Below, piece after piece: positions 8,478 to 18,134 of a stretch of 54,133 nt of DNA. The DNA lies in assembly GCA_039920225.1 (NCBI GenBank), contig JBDSED010000028.1, positions 1-54,133 on the forward strand. The letters are read 5' to 3'. Position 1 is the stretch's first letter. Each line of letters opens with the position of its first letter. The stretch is from Sphingomonas sp. (GTDB lineage Bacteria > Pseudomonadota > Alphaproteobacteria > Sphingomonadales > Sphingomonadaceae). The position numbers and the translations under genes are program-made. The notes under the pieces are model-generated. The model ran no database searches and had not been told where the DNA came from. It saw only the letters and a program-made list of their open reading frames with translations.

Positions 8478-10049
8478 CTCGGCGTGAACGATCTCCACCT
8501 TTTCCCTAGGTCTCTGGATCAACAGCAGCAGCGGCATGACGAGCAACGTGATCCACGCCATCAGGTAGAAATCGTCGATGTAAGCGACCATCGCCGCCTG
8601 TTTGTTGATCATCCCGTCGATCATCGCGAAGATCGCATCCGAACCCATGCCGAACTGATCGAGCTGCCCGAGGTTGATACCCGGGAGCGTCTTTTCGGTG
8701 ATGTGCTGCGCCAAATCCTGGTGGCTCGTCTGGATGTTGCGCGCCAGGAACACGGTCACCATCGAAATGCCGGCCGACTGCCCGATCGAGCGCATCAGAT
8801 TGAGCAAGCTCGATCCGTCGGTCCGATAGCGCTGGTCGAGCGTGGCGAAGGCGAGCGCGTTGAGCGGCATGAACACCAAGCCCATGCCGAGCCCCTGGAT
8901 GAACCCCGAACTGATCACGAACCAGCTGTCGATCTCCAGCGACCAGCCCGACATCATCCGCAACGAATAGGCGAACACCAGCAGCCCGACCGCGATGACG
9001 AAGCGCGTATCGACCCGCTTCATCAACATCGGCCCGATCGCCATCGTGACCAAAACGCCGATTCCGCGGGGCGCCATCATGAGGCCGGTCTGGACCACCG
9101 AATAGCCGAACAATTGCTGGAGCATCGACGGCAACAGCGCCATCGGCGCCATCGTCGAAATCCCGATGACGATCATGAAGAACATGCCCACCACGAGATT
9201 GCGGTTCTTGAACAGGTGTCGGTCGAACAACGGTTTCCGTGCGGTCGCCAAGTGGACCACGGCGATCCACAATGCGGCGATGGCGACCAGCCCTTCGACG
9301 ATGATTTCCCAGCTGCCGAACCAATCGTGATTCTGTCCGCGGTCGAGCATCAGCTGGAAACTGGCGACGCCGAGGCCGAGAAAGACGAAGCCTGTGAAGT
9401 CGAAGCTGCGCAGCGCCTTGGGACGCGATGGTAGCAGGAACCACAGGATCGCGAATGTCAGCAGACCGACCGGCAAGTTGACGTAGAAACACCAGCGCCA
9501 GTTGAAATTGTCGGTGAGATAGCCGCCGATCACTGGGCCGAGGATCGGCCCGACCATCACGCCCATGCCCCAAATCGACATGGCCTTGGCCTGGCCCTCC
9601 GGCGGGCCGATATCGATCATGGCGGTTTGCGACAGCGGGCCGATAAAGGCGGCGAACACGCCCTGCATGATGCGGAACGCCACCATTTCGTCCAGCGATA
9701 CGGCGGTGCCGCACAGCATCGACGCGATGATAAACCCGCCGACGGCAAGCAGGAAAAGGTTACGCGATCCCAGCCGGTCGCTCAGCCACCCCGTGGCCGG
9801 CAGCGCGATCGCGGTTGCGATGATGTAGCTCGTGAGTACCCAAGTGATCGTGTCGTTGGTCGCCCCTAGCTGAGTCGTCATGTGCGGCAGCGCGACGTTG
9901 GCGATCGTCGTGTCGAGAATCTGCATGATCATCGCGCCCATCACGCCGACCATCAGCAGCCCGCGGTTGCGCGTCGCCAGCATGGGCTTGCCGGGTGCGG
10001 GCGCGGCGGATACCGGTCCGCCCCGCGCGGGGGCGGCCGCACTAGCCAT
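8475..10049 (-). CDS. DHA2-family MFS efflux permease (EmrB-like)
   Basis: MQILDTTIANVALP, WVLTSY, GPILGPVIGG, WRWCFYVNLPVG and many TM segments. Confidence 0.93.
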   Translation of the reverse strand: MASAAAPARGGPVSAAPAPGKPMLATRNRGLLMVGVMGAMIMQILDTTIANVALPHMTTQLGATNDTITWVLTSYIIATAIALPATGWLSDRLGSRNLFLLAVGGFIIASMLCGTAVSLDEMVAFRIMQGVFAAFIGPLSQTAMIDIGPPEGQAKAMSIWGMGVMVGPILGPVIGGYLTDNFNWRWCFYVNLPVGLLTFAILWFLLPSRPKALRSFDFTGFVFLGLGVASFQLMLDRGQNHDWFGSWEIIVEGLVAIAALWIAVVHLATARKPLFDRHLFKNRNLVVGMFFMIVIGISTMAPMALLPSMLQQLFGYSVVQTGLMMAPRGIGVLVTMAIGPMLMKRVDTRFVIAVGLLVFAYSLRMMSGWSLEIDSWFVISSGFIQGLGMGLVFMPLNALAFATLDQRYRTDGSSLLNLMRSIGQSAGISMVTVFLARNIQTSHQDLAQHITEKTLPGINLGQLDQFGMGSDAIFAMIDGMINKQAAMVAYIDDFYLMAWITLLVMPLLLLIQRPREKVEIVHAE

Positions 10050-11130
10050 TGGGCTTGGTGTCGATCGACACGTCGCTCGACAGGCCGGCGATCAACGCGC
10101 GATCGGTCTTGCAGGTGATCGCGATGCGGACGGGCACCCGCTGCGTCACCTTGACCCAGTTACCCGTCGCGTTCTGCGCCGGCAGGATCGAGGACGCGGA
10201 CCCGGTCTCGGCGCCGATACTCTGCACGCGACCGCAGACCTTGAGCCCGGGATAGGCGTCGAACGTCAGTTCCGCGGGCTGGCCGACGCGCATGTTGGCG
10301 AGATCGGTCTCCTTGAAATTGGCGGTTACCCATGGCGACTGCGCCACCAGGCTGAGCGCGGGCACGCCCGACGGCGTGATATTGCCGACCTGGAGCCGGT
10401 TGGTCTGGCTGATGATTCCGTCGCGCGGGGCACGAACCACGGTGCGGCTGAGGTTAAGCAGCGCTTTCTCACGCTCGGCCATCGCCGCCTGCACGGCGGC
10501 GGGCACGCCCGATCCGACGACGCCACTGCCGAGCTGGCTCTGCGCCTTGGCGGCGGACGCTCGGGCAGTGGCAAGCCGCGCCTTCGCGGCGGCCACCTCG
10601 TGCGCAGCCGCGTCGAACGCGGCGCGGGTGGTGAAGCCCTGCCTCATCAGCGCCGCCTGGCGATTGTAGGTGCCGACTGCCAGAGAGATGTCGGCATTGG
10701 CGCTTTCCACGTCGGCGGCGGCGCTGCCAGTGTCGGTCGACAGCGTCGCGACCTGAACGCGCGCCGTGGCGAGCGCGGCGTCGGCCTGCGCCAGCGCGAG
10801 CTTGTAAGGTTCCTGATCGATCACGAACAGCACGTCGCCCGCTTTGACCCGCTGGTTTTCCTTGACGTTGACCTGGACGATGCGGCCCGACACGTCCGGA
10901 CTGATCGAGATCGTGTCCTGCTGGACGTAGGCGTTGTCGGTCGACACGTAGCGCCCGCCGGTCAGGTAGAAATACCCTGCGACCGCCGCGATCAGTAGCG
11001 GGACGACGGCCATCAGGCCAAAGCGGCCCCAGCGTCGCGGCTTGGCCGCGGGCGCCTCGACGCTTTCGATGACGTTGGCGGCGGCGACCTTGTCGGTCTG
11101 CGGCTTAATCTTGGGATCGGCGTCAGCCAT
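10042..11130 (-). CDS. HlyD/EmrA-family periplasmic adaptor
   Basis: STDNAYV, ANFKET, LPAQNATGNWVKVTQRVPVRI. Start placed at ATG 11130. Confidence 0.93.
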   Translation of the reverse strand: MADADPKIKPQTDKVAAANVIESVEAPAAKPRRWGRFGLMAVVPLLIAAVAGYFYLTGGRYVSTDNAYVQQDTISISPDVSGRIVQVNVKENQRVKAGDVLFVIDQEPYKLALAQADAALATARVQVATLSTDTGSAAADVESANADISLAVGTYNRQAALMRQGFTTRAAFDAAAHEVAAAKARLATARASAAKAQSQLGSGVVGSGVPAAVQAAMAEREKALLNLSRTVVRAPRDGIISQTNRLQVGNITPSGVPALSLVAQSPWVTANFKETDLANMRVGQPAELTFDAYPGLKVCGRVQSIGAETGSASSILPAQNATGNWVKVTQRVPVRIAITCKTDRALIAGLSSDVSIDTKPNG

Positions 11131-11575
11131 TGGCGGCCTCGGTGGTGCGGGGGGCGGGAAGCGAAAGCAGGTTCGCGCGGATGATGTCGAGCGCGCCGAC
11201 CAGCGCATCGCGGGACGGCCCATCCACGCCGTGCAGCATTTGCACGAACAGCTCGTCGGCCATCGCGCGAAGATCGGCGAGGATTGGCGTGGACTTTTCG
11301 GTCAGGAACAATTGCCAGGCGCGGCGGTCGGCGGGGTCTCGGCGGCGCTCGACCAGTCCCGATTCCTCGAGACGGTCGATCATGCGGCACAACGTGATCG
11401 GCTCGACTTCGAGCAGATCGGCGAGCGCGCCCTGGTTGAGCCCTTCGTTGCGGCTGAGGGTAGTGAGGGTGCGCCATTGCGCGCGCGTCGCGCCGACCTG
11501 GCGCGCGCGCTCGTCGAAACGGCGGCGCATCAGGCGCGAAACGTCGCTAATCAGGAAACCGAGTGAGTCGCTCAT
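11123..11575 (-). CDS. MarR-family regulator (SlyA-like)
   Basis: TRAQW..L, QGALADLLEVEPITLCRMIDRLE, DPADRRA. Confidence 0.93.
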   Translation of the reverse strand: MSDSLGFLISDVSRLMRRRFDERARQVGATRAQWRTLTTLSRNEGLNQGALADLLEVEPITLCRMIDRLEESGLVERRRDPADRRAWQLFLTEKSTPILADLRAMADELFVQMLHGVDGPSRDALVGALDIIRANLLSLPAPRTTEAANG

Positions 11576-11587
11576 GACCTCGCATAT

Positions 11588-11603
11588 AATAAGTGTGCTT
11601 ATT
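11588..11603. promoter_or_regulatory. Palindromic operator, likely the MarR autoregulatory site
   Basis: AATAAG-tgtg-CTTATT perfect inverted repeat 12 nt upstream of the marR start, in an AT-rich divergent gap. Confidence 0.6.
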
Positions 11604-11655
11604 TAATCTAGTCCTAAAATGAAACGTTTGTCGCAATGCAGCAAGGAACAGGGAC

Positions 11656-12099
11656 ATGGGCGAAGCGATGACGGGCGGATGCCAATGCGGCGCGGTCCGC
11701 TATGCAGTGAAGATCGACGGCGACGACGCCTATCTGTGCCACTGCCGGATGTGCCAGCGCGCGACTGGCGGCTTCTCGATCGCGTTCAAGGGCGTGCCAA
11801 AGGCCGACGTGACGTGGGAGCGCGAGCCCGAACGCTATCGATCTTCGCCGATCGCGCAGCGCGGTTTCTGCGCGGCATGCGGCACGCCGCTGACCTTCGA
11901 ATTCGACGACGGCAGGCACGTGGACCTGACCGTCGGCAGCTTCGACGATCCCTATCGCTTCAAGCCGGTCAGCCACTTCGCAAGCGAGAGCTGGCACGAG
12001 GATTGGCTTGACACGACCGCGCTTCCGGCGAAGCGGACGGAGGAGAACGAACGTCTCGTCGAACGATGGATCAAGGCCGTTGGCAAGCTCCCCGATTGA
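11656..12099 (+). CDS. GFA/CENP-V family zinc protein
   Basis: GGCQCGAVRY, CHCRMCQR, RGFCAACGTPL. Confidence 0.9.
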   Translation: MGEAMTGGCQCGAVRYAVKIDGDDAYLCHCRMCQRATGGFSIAFKGVPKADVTWEREPERYRSSPIAQRGFCAACGTPLTFEFDDGRHVDLTVGSFDDPYRFKPVSHFASESWHEDWLDTTALPAKRTEENERLVERWIKAVGKLPD

Positions 12100-12841
12100 A
12101 CCGCACTTCTTCGAAAGCGTCGACGGCGAACGGCTGGCGTGGCGCGAGATCGGTGAGGGCGGGCCGGTGGTCCTGCTCCACGGCTTCTTCTCCGATGCCG
12201 AGACCAACTGGATCAAATACGGCCACGCTGCGGCGATTGCTGCAAAGGGCTTTCGCGTCGTCATGCCCGATCTGCGCGCGCACGGATCGAGCGCGAAGCC
12301 GCACGATGCGACCGCCTATCCGCCCGACGCGCTGGCGCGGGACGGGCACGCGCTGATCGCGCATCTCGGCCTGACCGACTACGACCTGGGCGGCTATTCG
12401 CTCGGCGGGCGGACGACCTGCCGGATGCTGGCGACGGGCGCCACGCCGCGGCGCGTCGTGTTTTCGGGGATGGGGCTGGAGGGGCTGACTTCGACCGATC
12501 GCCGCGCCGGGCACTTCAGGAACATCCTGACCAATCTCGGCCAGCATAAGCAAGGCAGCCCCGAATGGTTCGCCGAGGCGTTCCTCAAGACAACCAAGGG
12601 CGATTCGACCGCGCTGCTCGGTATCATCGACACCTTCGTCAGCACGCCGCTCGCCGAGATCAGGCGGTTCGACTGGCCAACCGTGTGCATCAACGGCGTG
12701 GACGACCACGATAACGGCAGCGCCGCGGCGCTTGCCGACGCGCTGCCCAATGCGCGTTATGTCGAGGTGCCGGGCAATCACATGAGCGCGGTGATCAAGC
12801 CGGAGCTCGGCCAGGCAATCGCGGACTTCCTCGCCGCTTGA
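12080..12841 (+). CDS. Alpha/beta hydrolase
   Basis: VVLLHG, DLRAHGSS, GYSLGG nucleophile elbow, PGNH. Start inferred at TTG 12080. Confidence 0.88.
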   Translation: MASSPIEPHFFESVDGERLAWREIGEGGPVVLLHGFFSDAETNWIKYGHAAAIAAKGFRVVMPDLRAHGSSAKPHDATAYPPDALARDGHALIAHLGLTDYDLGGYSLGGRTTCRMLATGATPRRVVFSGMGLEGLTSTDRRAGHFRNILTNLGQHKQGSPEWFAEAFLKTTKGDSTALLGIIDTFVSTPLAEIRRFDWPTVCINGVDDHDNGSAAALADALPNARYVEVPGNHMSAVIKPELGQAIADFLAA

Positions 12842-12893
12842 CCGGCACCCTGCCGCGCAGCAGTGTCGCGGCTGGTTTTCAGGAGTCGTCGAT

Positions 12894-14720
12894 ATGATCC
12901 GTACCGCCGTGGCGTCGAGCCTCGCGATCGCCTTGGTTCTGTCGGGAGCGATCGCGCTGGCCGGCCAACCCGCCGCCGGCGCGGCCACCGCCGCCGATGC
13001 CGACAAGTTCGTCGCGGAGGCCGAGAAGACGCTCGCGCAAGCCTCGATCGAGGGCAATCAAGTCGGGTGGATCAACGCGACCTATATCACCCAGGATACC
13101 GATGCGTTGGCGGCGCAAGTCGGTGCGCGGTTGACCTTGCTGGGGGTTAAATATGCCAGCGAAGCGGCGAAGTATCAGAACGTCGCGGGGCTTTCGTTCG
13201 ACACCAAGCGCAAACTCGACATCCTGCGCAACGGCGTGCCGTTGCCGGCACCGTCGAAGCCCGGCGCGGCCGACACGCTGTCGCAAATCGCGACCAAGCT
13301 CCAGTCCGATTACGGCAAGGGCAAGGGCATGCTCGACGGCAAGCCGATCAACGGATCGGACATCGAGGCCGCCATGGGCACGACCCGCGATCCCCTCAAG
13401 CTGCAGGAAATGTGGACGAGCTGGAACGACAATGTCGGCGCGCCGTCGAAGAACGAATACGCGAAGTTAGTCGGCATCACCAACGACGGCGCCAAGGAGC
13501 TAGGCTATCAGGACGTCGGCGCGATGTGGCGCTCGGGCTATGACATGACGCCGGAGGAATTCGCCAAGTTGACCGACCGGCTGTGGAAGCAGGTAGAGCC
13601 GCTCTACCTCTCGCTCCACACCTATGTCCGCTGGAAGCTCAACGAGAAATACGGCGATGCGGTGCAGCCGAAGACCGGCGCGATCCGCGCCGACCTGCTC
13701 GGCAACATGTGGGCACAGGAATGGGGCAATATCTACGACGTCGTCGCGCCCAAGGGGGCGGGCGATATCGGTTACGACACCGAAGCGTTGCTCAAGGCCA
13801 AAGCCTACGACCCGATCAAGATGGTGAAGACCGCGGAAGGCTTCTATTCCTCGTTAGGCTTCGCGCCGCTCCCCGATACGTTCTGGACCCGGTCGCAATT
13901 CACCAAACCTGCCGACCGCGATGTCGTATGCCACGCTTCGGCTTGGGACGTCGATAACAAGACCGACCTGCGGATCAAGATGTGCATAAAGGTCAACGCC
14001 GACGACTTCGTGACCGTCCATCACGAGCTGGGGCACAATTACTACCAGCGCGCGTACATGAACCGGCCGTACCTGTACGAAAATGGCGCCAATGACGGGT
14101 TTCACGAGGCGATCGGCGATTTCATCGCGCTGTCGATCACGCCCGATTATCTTGTAAAGATCGGATTGCTCGACCAGTCGCGCGTGCCAAGTGCCGACAA
14201 GGACACAGGGCTGTTGTTACGTCAGGCGATGGACAAGGTCGCATTCCTGCCGTTCGGCCTTCTCGTCGACAGGTGGCGCTGGGGTGTATTCGACGGCAGC
14301 ATCAAGCCCGACAATTACCAGGGCGCCTGGGACTCGCTGCGGCTGCAATATCAAGGGGTCAAGCCGCCCATCGCTCGCGACAACACAAGGTTCGACGCGG
14401 GCGCCAAATATCATATCGCGGCCAACGTGTCGTACACGCGCTATTTCCTGGCGCGGCTCCTCCAATTCCAATTCTATCAGGCGGCGTGCAAGCAAGCCGG
14501 GTGGAAGGGGCCGCTCCACCGTTGTTCTTTCTATGGAAACAAACAGGTAGGCGCGAATCTTCAGAAAATGCTCGAGATGGGCCAGTCGAAGCCGTGGCCC
14601 GACGCGTTGCAGGCGTTCACCGGCAGCCGCGAGATTTCGGGACAGGCGCTGGTCGATTATTTCGCGCCGCTGAAGAAATGGCTCGATCAACAGAATAAGG
14701 GAAAACCGAGCGGATGGTGA
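12894..14720 (+). CDS. Secreted M2-family peptidyl-dipeptidase (ACE-like)
   Basis: Signal peptide, LLGNMWAQEW, VCHASAWD, HHELGH zinc motif, GANDGFHEAIGD. Confidence 0.93.
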   Translation: MIRTAVASSLAIALVLSGAIALAGQPAAGAATAADADKFVAEAEKTLAQASIEGNQVGWINATYITQDTDALAAQVGARLTLLGVKYASEAAKYQNVAGLSFDTKRKLDILRNGVPLPAPSKPGAADTLSQIATKLQSDYGKGKGMLDGKPINGSDIEAAMGTTRDPLKLQEMWTSWNDNVGAPSKNEYAKLVGITNDGAKELGYQDVGAMWRSGYDMTPEEFAKLTDRLWKQVEPLYLSLHTYVRWKLNEKYGDAVQPKTGAIRADLLGNMWAQEWGNIYDVVAPKGAGDIGYDTEALLKAKAYDPIKMVKTAEGFYSSLGFAPLPDTFWTRSQFTKPADRDVVCHASAWDVDNKTDLRIKMCIKVNADDFVTVHHELGHNYYQRAYMNRPYLYENGANDGFHEAIGDFIALSITPDYLVKIGLLDQSRVPSADKDTGLLLRQAMDKVAFLPFGLLVDRWRWGVFDGSIKPDNYQGAWDSLRLQYQGVKPPIARDNTRFDAGAKYHIAANVSYTRYFLARLLQFQFYQAACKQAGWKGPLHRCSFYGNKQVGANLQKMLEMGQSKPWPDALQAFTGSREISGQALVDYFAPLKKWLDQQNKGKPSGW

Positions 14721-15424
14721 TGGCACCTTTGTGGCTGGCGCTCGCGCTGGCCGGCCAGACGAACGCGCCGGTGACGGTCGAGGTGGTGGCGGTCGGGCAC
14801 GTCGATACGCCGGCGACCAAGTTCGTGTTGGCGATCGAACTGACCGCAAACGGCGACAGCGACGACAAGGCGAAGGCGGCGTTGGCCAAGAAGAAGGCGG
14901 TGCTGCTGCAGCAGTTGACCGCCGCGGGCGTCACTCCGGTGCCGGAAGAGATGGGCGCGGCGAAGGCGGCGGCGGTCAAGCTCGACGCATTTGGCGCGAT
15001 GAATGCTACCGATGGCGATAAGACCGATGCGGAGAAGCCGAGCGCATCGGAAAGCTTTTCCGTCCAGGCGCCCACGCGCGCAGCGATTGCCGCGGCGCAG
15101 GATATCGTCGCCAAGACCGCCGGCGCCAGCGCAGACCGGCCGCCGATCACTTCGGTGGGCGACAATACAAATGCGATGCGCGCAGCGAAACGCGATGCGG
15201 TCGCCAAGGCCAAGCTCGACGCGCAAAACTACGCCGACGCGCTCGGCTATGCGACGGCGACGGTGGTCAGTGTCAGCGAGCGTGGCGATCTCGGTACGTT
15301 GTTCTCGTTCGGCATGGCGATGGCGTCACGCGGCCCCAAGAACATGTTCGAGCCGTCGCGGGGCGACACCGTACCGATCGACGTCGCGGTGACCGTGACG
15401 TTCCGCCTCGACGGCAAGAAATGA
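14714..15424 (+). CDS. Secreted SIMPL (DUF541)-like protein
   Basis: Signal peptide, AVAKAKLDAQNYADALG, and terminal VAVTVTFRL. Confidence 0.65.
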   Translation: MVMAPLWLALALAGQTNAPVTVEVVAVGHVDTPATKFVLAIELTANGDSDDKAKAALAKKKAVLLQQLTAAGVTPVPEEMGAAKAAAVKLDAFGAMNATDGDKTDAEKPSASESFSVQAPTRAAIAAAQDIVAKTAGASADRPPITSVGDNTNAMRAAKRDAVAKAKLDAQNYADALGYATATVVSVSERGDLGTLFSFGMAMASRGPKNMFEPSRGDTVPIDVAVTVTFRLDGKK

Positions 15425-15426
15425 CG

Positions 15427-15464
15427 TAGAGCGCCGCCGGAGGTCCACCCCCGGCGTCGTTCTA
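15427..15464. terminator. Hairpin between convergent genes
   Basis: tagagcg-c-cgccgg ... ccggcg-t-cgttcta stem. Confidence 0.5.
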
Positions 15465-16067
15465 ATCTTTGTCGCCGGAGAAGAAAGCCGCGAGACTGGC
15501 GAAGAAACCGCGTTTGCGTGGCGTCGGCTCGGGCTTCGCTGCCGCGGGTGCTGGCGTGGGCGCGGGTGCTGGCACAGGGTTTGCGGCTACCGAAATAGCG
15601 GGGACGGCGTCTTTTGGCTTAACCGCTTGCTGGGGGACAGGTGTCGGCTTGGCGGCCGCCTTTGCTTTCGTCGCTGGCGTCGCCGTTGCCTTCGGCTTAG
15701 CGCGCGCTTTGGGCTTCGCAGCTGGCTTGGGCCGGGCAACCGCCTTCGGCACCGCGGACTTGGCGACAGCGGACTTGGCGGCTGCCTTCGCCTTGGGCTC
15801 AGCTTTAGGTTTGGGCGTGGTCGTCGCGGCAGCGCCGGCGGTTTTCGCGACCGGCTTCGTGGCGGCTTTCGGCTTGGCGGGCGTCTTGGTTGCTGGCTTC
15901 GGCGTTGCGGCGGACTTGGCCGTCCCAGCTTTGGGTGCGGTCTTGGGCTTGGGGGGCGTCGTTGCCGCGGCTGCAGGCTTTGCCGCAGCGTCAGCTTTGG
16001 CAGCGGCAGGCTTCGCGGCCGCGGTTTTGGGTTTGGTCGTGCCGGTCTTCTTCGGAGTCGTGGCCAT
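15462..16067 (-). CDS. Lys/Ala/Pro-rich histone H1-like protein with a C-terminal amphipathic helix
   Basis: KPAAAK/TPKPK repeats, ending KRGFFASLAAFFSGDKD. Co-oriented downstream of amn. Start placed at ATG 16067. Confidence 0.7.
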   Translation of the reverse strand: MATTPKKTGTTKPKTAAAKPAAAKADAAAKPAAAATTPPKPKTAPKAGTAKSAATPKPATKTPAKPKAATKPVAKTAGAAATTTPKPKAEPKAKAAAKSAVAKSAVPKAVARPKPAAKPKARAKPKATATPATKAKAAAKPTPVPQQAVKPKDAVPAISVAANPVPAPAPTPAPAAAKPEPTPRKRGFFASLAAFFSGDKD

Positions 16068-16142
16068 CGATGTTTCCCTGTTGTGCGTCCCGATTCTCGA
16101 CACATAACAGATCGTTCCGTTGCCGTGATAGCCCCTGTGACC

Positions 16143-17579
16143 TCATCGGAACGGTGGCTCGTTGAACGCGCGGAGTTTGCGGCTGTGCAATTTGGCGCCT
16201 TCCAGCCGCAGTTCCTCGCACGTCTGGATGCCGATCCGCATGTGCTCGGCGATCGCGCGCTCATAGAAACGGTTGGCCTGGCCGGGCAGCTTGAGTTCGC
16301 CGTGCAGCGGCTTGTCCGACACGCACAGCAAAGTGCCGTAGGGCACGCGGAAGCGGTAACCCTGCGCCGCGATCGTCGCTGACTCCATGTCGATCCCGAC
16401 CGCGCGGCTGAGCGAGAAGCGCAGCGCCGATTGGGTGTAGCGCAATTCCCAGTTGCGGTCGTCGGTGGTCACGATCGTGCCGGTGCGCAGACGCCGCTTG
16501 AGGTCCTCACCGGACTGGCCGCTGATGATCTCCGCAGCACGCGCCATCGCCACCTGGACCTCCGCGATCGCCGGGACCGGGATTTCGGGGGGCAGCACGT
16601 CGTCGAGGACGTGGTCGTCGCGCAGATAGGCGTGCGCGAGAACGTAATCGCCGATCCGCTGGCTGGGACGCAGCCCGCCGCAATGGCCGATCATCAGCCA
16701 CGCTTCGGGCCGTAGCACCGCGAGGTGATCGCAGATCGTCTTGGCGTTCGAGGGGCCGACACCGATATTGACCAGGGTGATCCCGGTATGGTCGTCGGCC
16801 ATCAAATGATACGCGGGCATCTGATGTCGCCGCCACGCGCTCGTATCGGCCATCGCTGCCTCTATGTCGTCACCCGCGCGGAGCAATATTCCACCGGCGC
16901 CCGACAAAGCAGTAAACCGACTGCCGTCGCCCAGCTGATCGAACGCCCAGCGCACGAACTCGTCAACATAGCGGTGATAGTTGGTGAACAGCACGTAACG
17001 CTGGACGTGCTCGGGCGGCGTGCCGGTGTAATGCCGCAACCGCGCCAGGCTGAAGTCGGTGCGCAGGCCGTCGAACAACGCCAGCGGGCGGGCCTCGTTC
17101 GGCGTGGGTAAGCCGTCGGCAATCTCATCGCCGATATGCGCGAGCTCAGTTGCCGGGAACCAGCGCGCCAGTTCGAGCGCAGACACTTCGTCCAGGCTCA
17201 TCGCGTGGCCGGGATCGAGCACGTAGGGAAAGGGGATTTCCTGCCGCCCCGGCACGGCCTCGACCGTGACGTCGTAATCCTCGATCAGCAGCGTCAGCTG
17301 TTCGGTCAAGTAATCGGCAAAGATCGCCGGCTTGGTCACGCTGATGCGATAATCGCCCGGCTCGCTCAGCCTGCCGAACGACCGCAGTGGCGCGGGGCGG
17401 TCGCCGTCGCCGCGATAGGTCAGCCGGATCTCGGGATACGCAAACGACCCGTCTGCCCGCGAGGCGGGAGCGGGCGTCGTGCCGGAGGAGAGGTAGATGG
17501 TCAGCGCCTGCTGGAGGCGCTTGACCGAGGCGGTGTAGAGCCGGTCGAGTTCGGCGACGATATCGGAAGCCTGCGTCAT
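16143..17579 (-). CDS. amn: AMP nucleosidase
   Basis: RTDFSLARLRHYTGT, QMPAYHL, GVGPSNAKTICDHLAVLRP, DMESATIA, SDKPLHGE. Confidence 0.96.
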   Translation of the reverse strand: MTQASDIVAELDRLYTASVKRLQQALTIYLSSGTTPAPASRADGSFAYPEIRLTYRGDGDRPAPLRSFGRLSEPGDYRISVTKPAIFADYLTEQLTLLIEDYDVTVEAVPGRQEIPFPYVLDPGHAMSLDEVSALELARWFPATELAHIGDEIADGLPTPNEARPLALFDGLRTDFSLARLRHYTGTPPEHVQRYVLFTNYHRYVDEFVRWAFDQLGDGSRFTALSGAGGILLRAGDDIEAAMADTSAWRRHQMPAYHLMADDHTGITLVNIGVGPSNAKTICDHLAVLRPEAWLMIGHCGGLRPSQRIGDYVLAHAYLRDDHVLDDVLPPEIPVPAIAEVQVAMARAAEIISGQSGEDLKRRLRTGTIVTTDDRNWELRYTQSALRFSLSRAVGIDMESATIAAQGYRFRVPYGTLLCVSDKPLHGELKLPGQANRFYERAIAEHMRIGIQTCEELRLEGAKLHSRKLRAFNEPPFR

Positions 17580-17624
17580 CTCCTGCGGCTAAAGCACAGG
17601 GATGACGCTGGCAAGTCGCAGGCG

Positions 17625-18035
17625 TTACGACTTCTTGGCGGACGCGGGCTTGCGCGCCGCGGGCTTGCGGGCGGCGGGTTTGGGCGCCGACGCGGTCTTG
17701 GGCTTGGCGGCGGATTTGCTTCCCGACTTCAGCTTGGAGGCGGCATATGCCCCACCGGCGATGGTCGCCGCAGCGCCCGCCGCGATACCGGCCGCAATCT
17801 TGGGGTTGTCCTTGGCCGCCTTTACGGTCTTGCCGACGCCGTCGCTGATCGCATCCTGAGCACGGCCGAGCAGAGCGGCAGCTTCCTTCTGCGCGCGCTC
17901 CAGCAGGGCAGTCGCTTCCTTTTGCGCACGCTCGAGCAAACCGCTTGCCTCGAGCCAGCTTTTGTTCTCCGACGATTGCGGGGCGCCGCCGGAATCGGTT
18001 CCGGTTGGCGTGGTCGGCGTATTGGGGGCGGCCAT
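17625..18035 (-). CDS. Hypothetical protein with 11-residue repeats, a Gly/Ala hydrophobic segment and a KPAA-rich tail
   Basis: LLERAQKEATA-LLERAQKEAAA-LLGRAQDA, IAAGIAAGAAATIAGGAYAA, KPAARKPAARK. GGAG lies upstream of the ATG. Confidence 0.7.
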   Translation of the reverse strand: MAAPNTPTTPTGTDSGGAPQSSENKSWLEASGLLERAQKEATALLERAQKEAAALLGRAQDAISDGVGKTVKAAKDNPKIAAGIAAGAAATIAGGAYAASKLKSGSKSAAKPKTASAPKPAARKPAARKPASAKKS

Positions 18036-18134
18036 CTCAAATCTCCGATAGTGAAACGATTACGGCCACGAGAACGCGAGGATCAACCCAAGCGTTCCAG
18101 TGGCCGGGCCATTTTGTTTCGGATGCGCGACGAA

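Noticed and set aside
15469-16107. Hydrophobic Ala/Gly/Phe/Leu plus-strand ORF that looks like a membrane protein
   Set aside because: Mirror of the Lys/Ala/Pro-rich minus-strand gene, which is co-oriented with amn. Not formally excluded.
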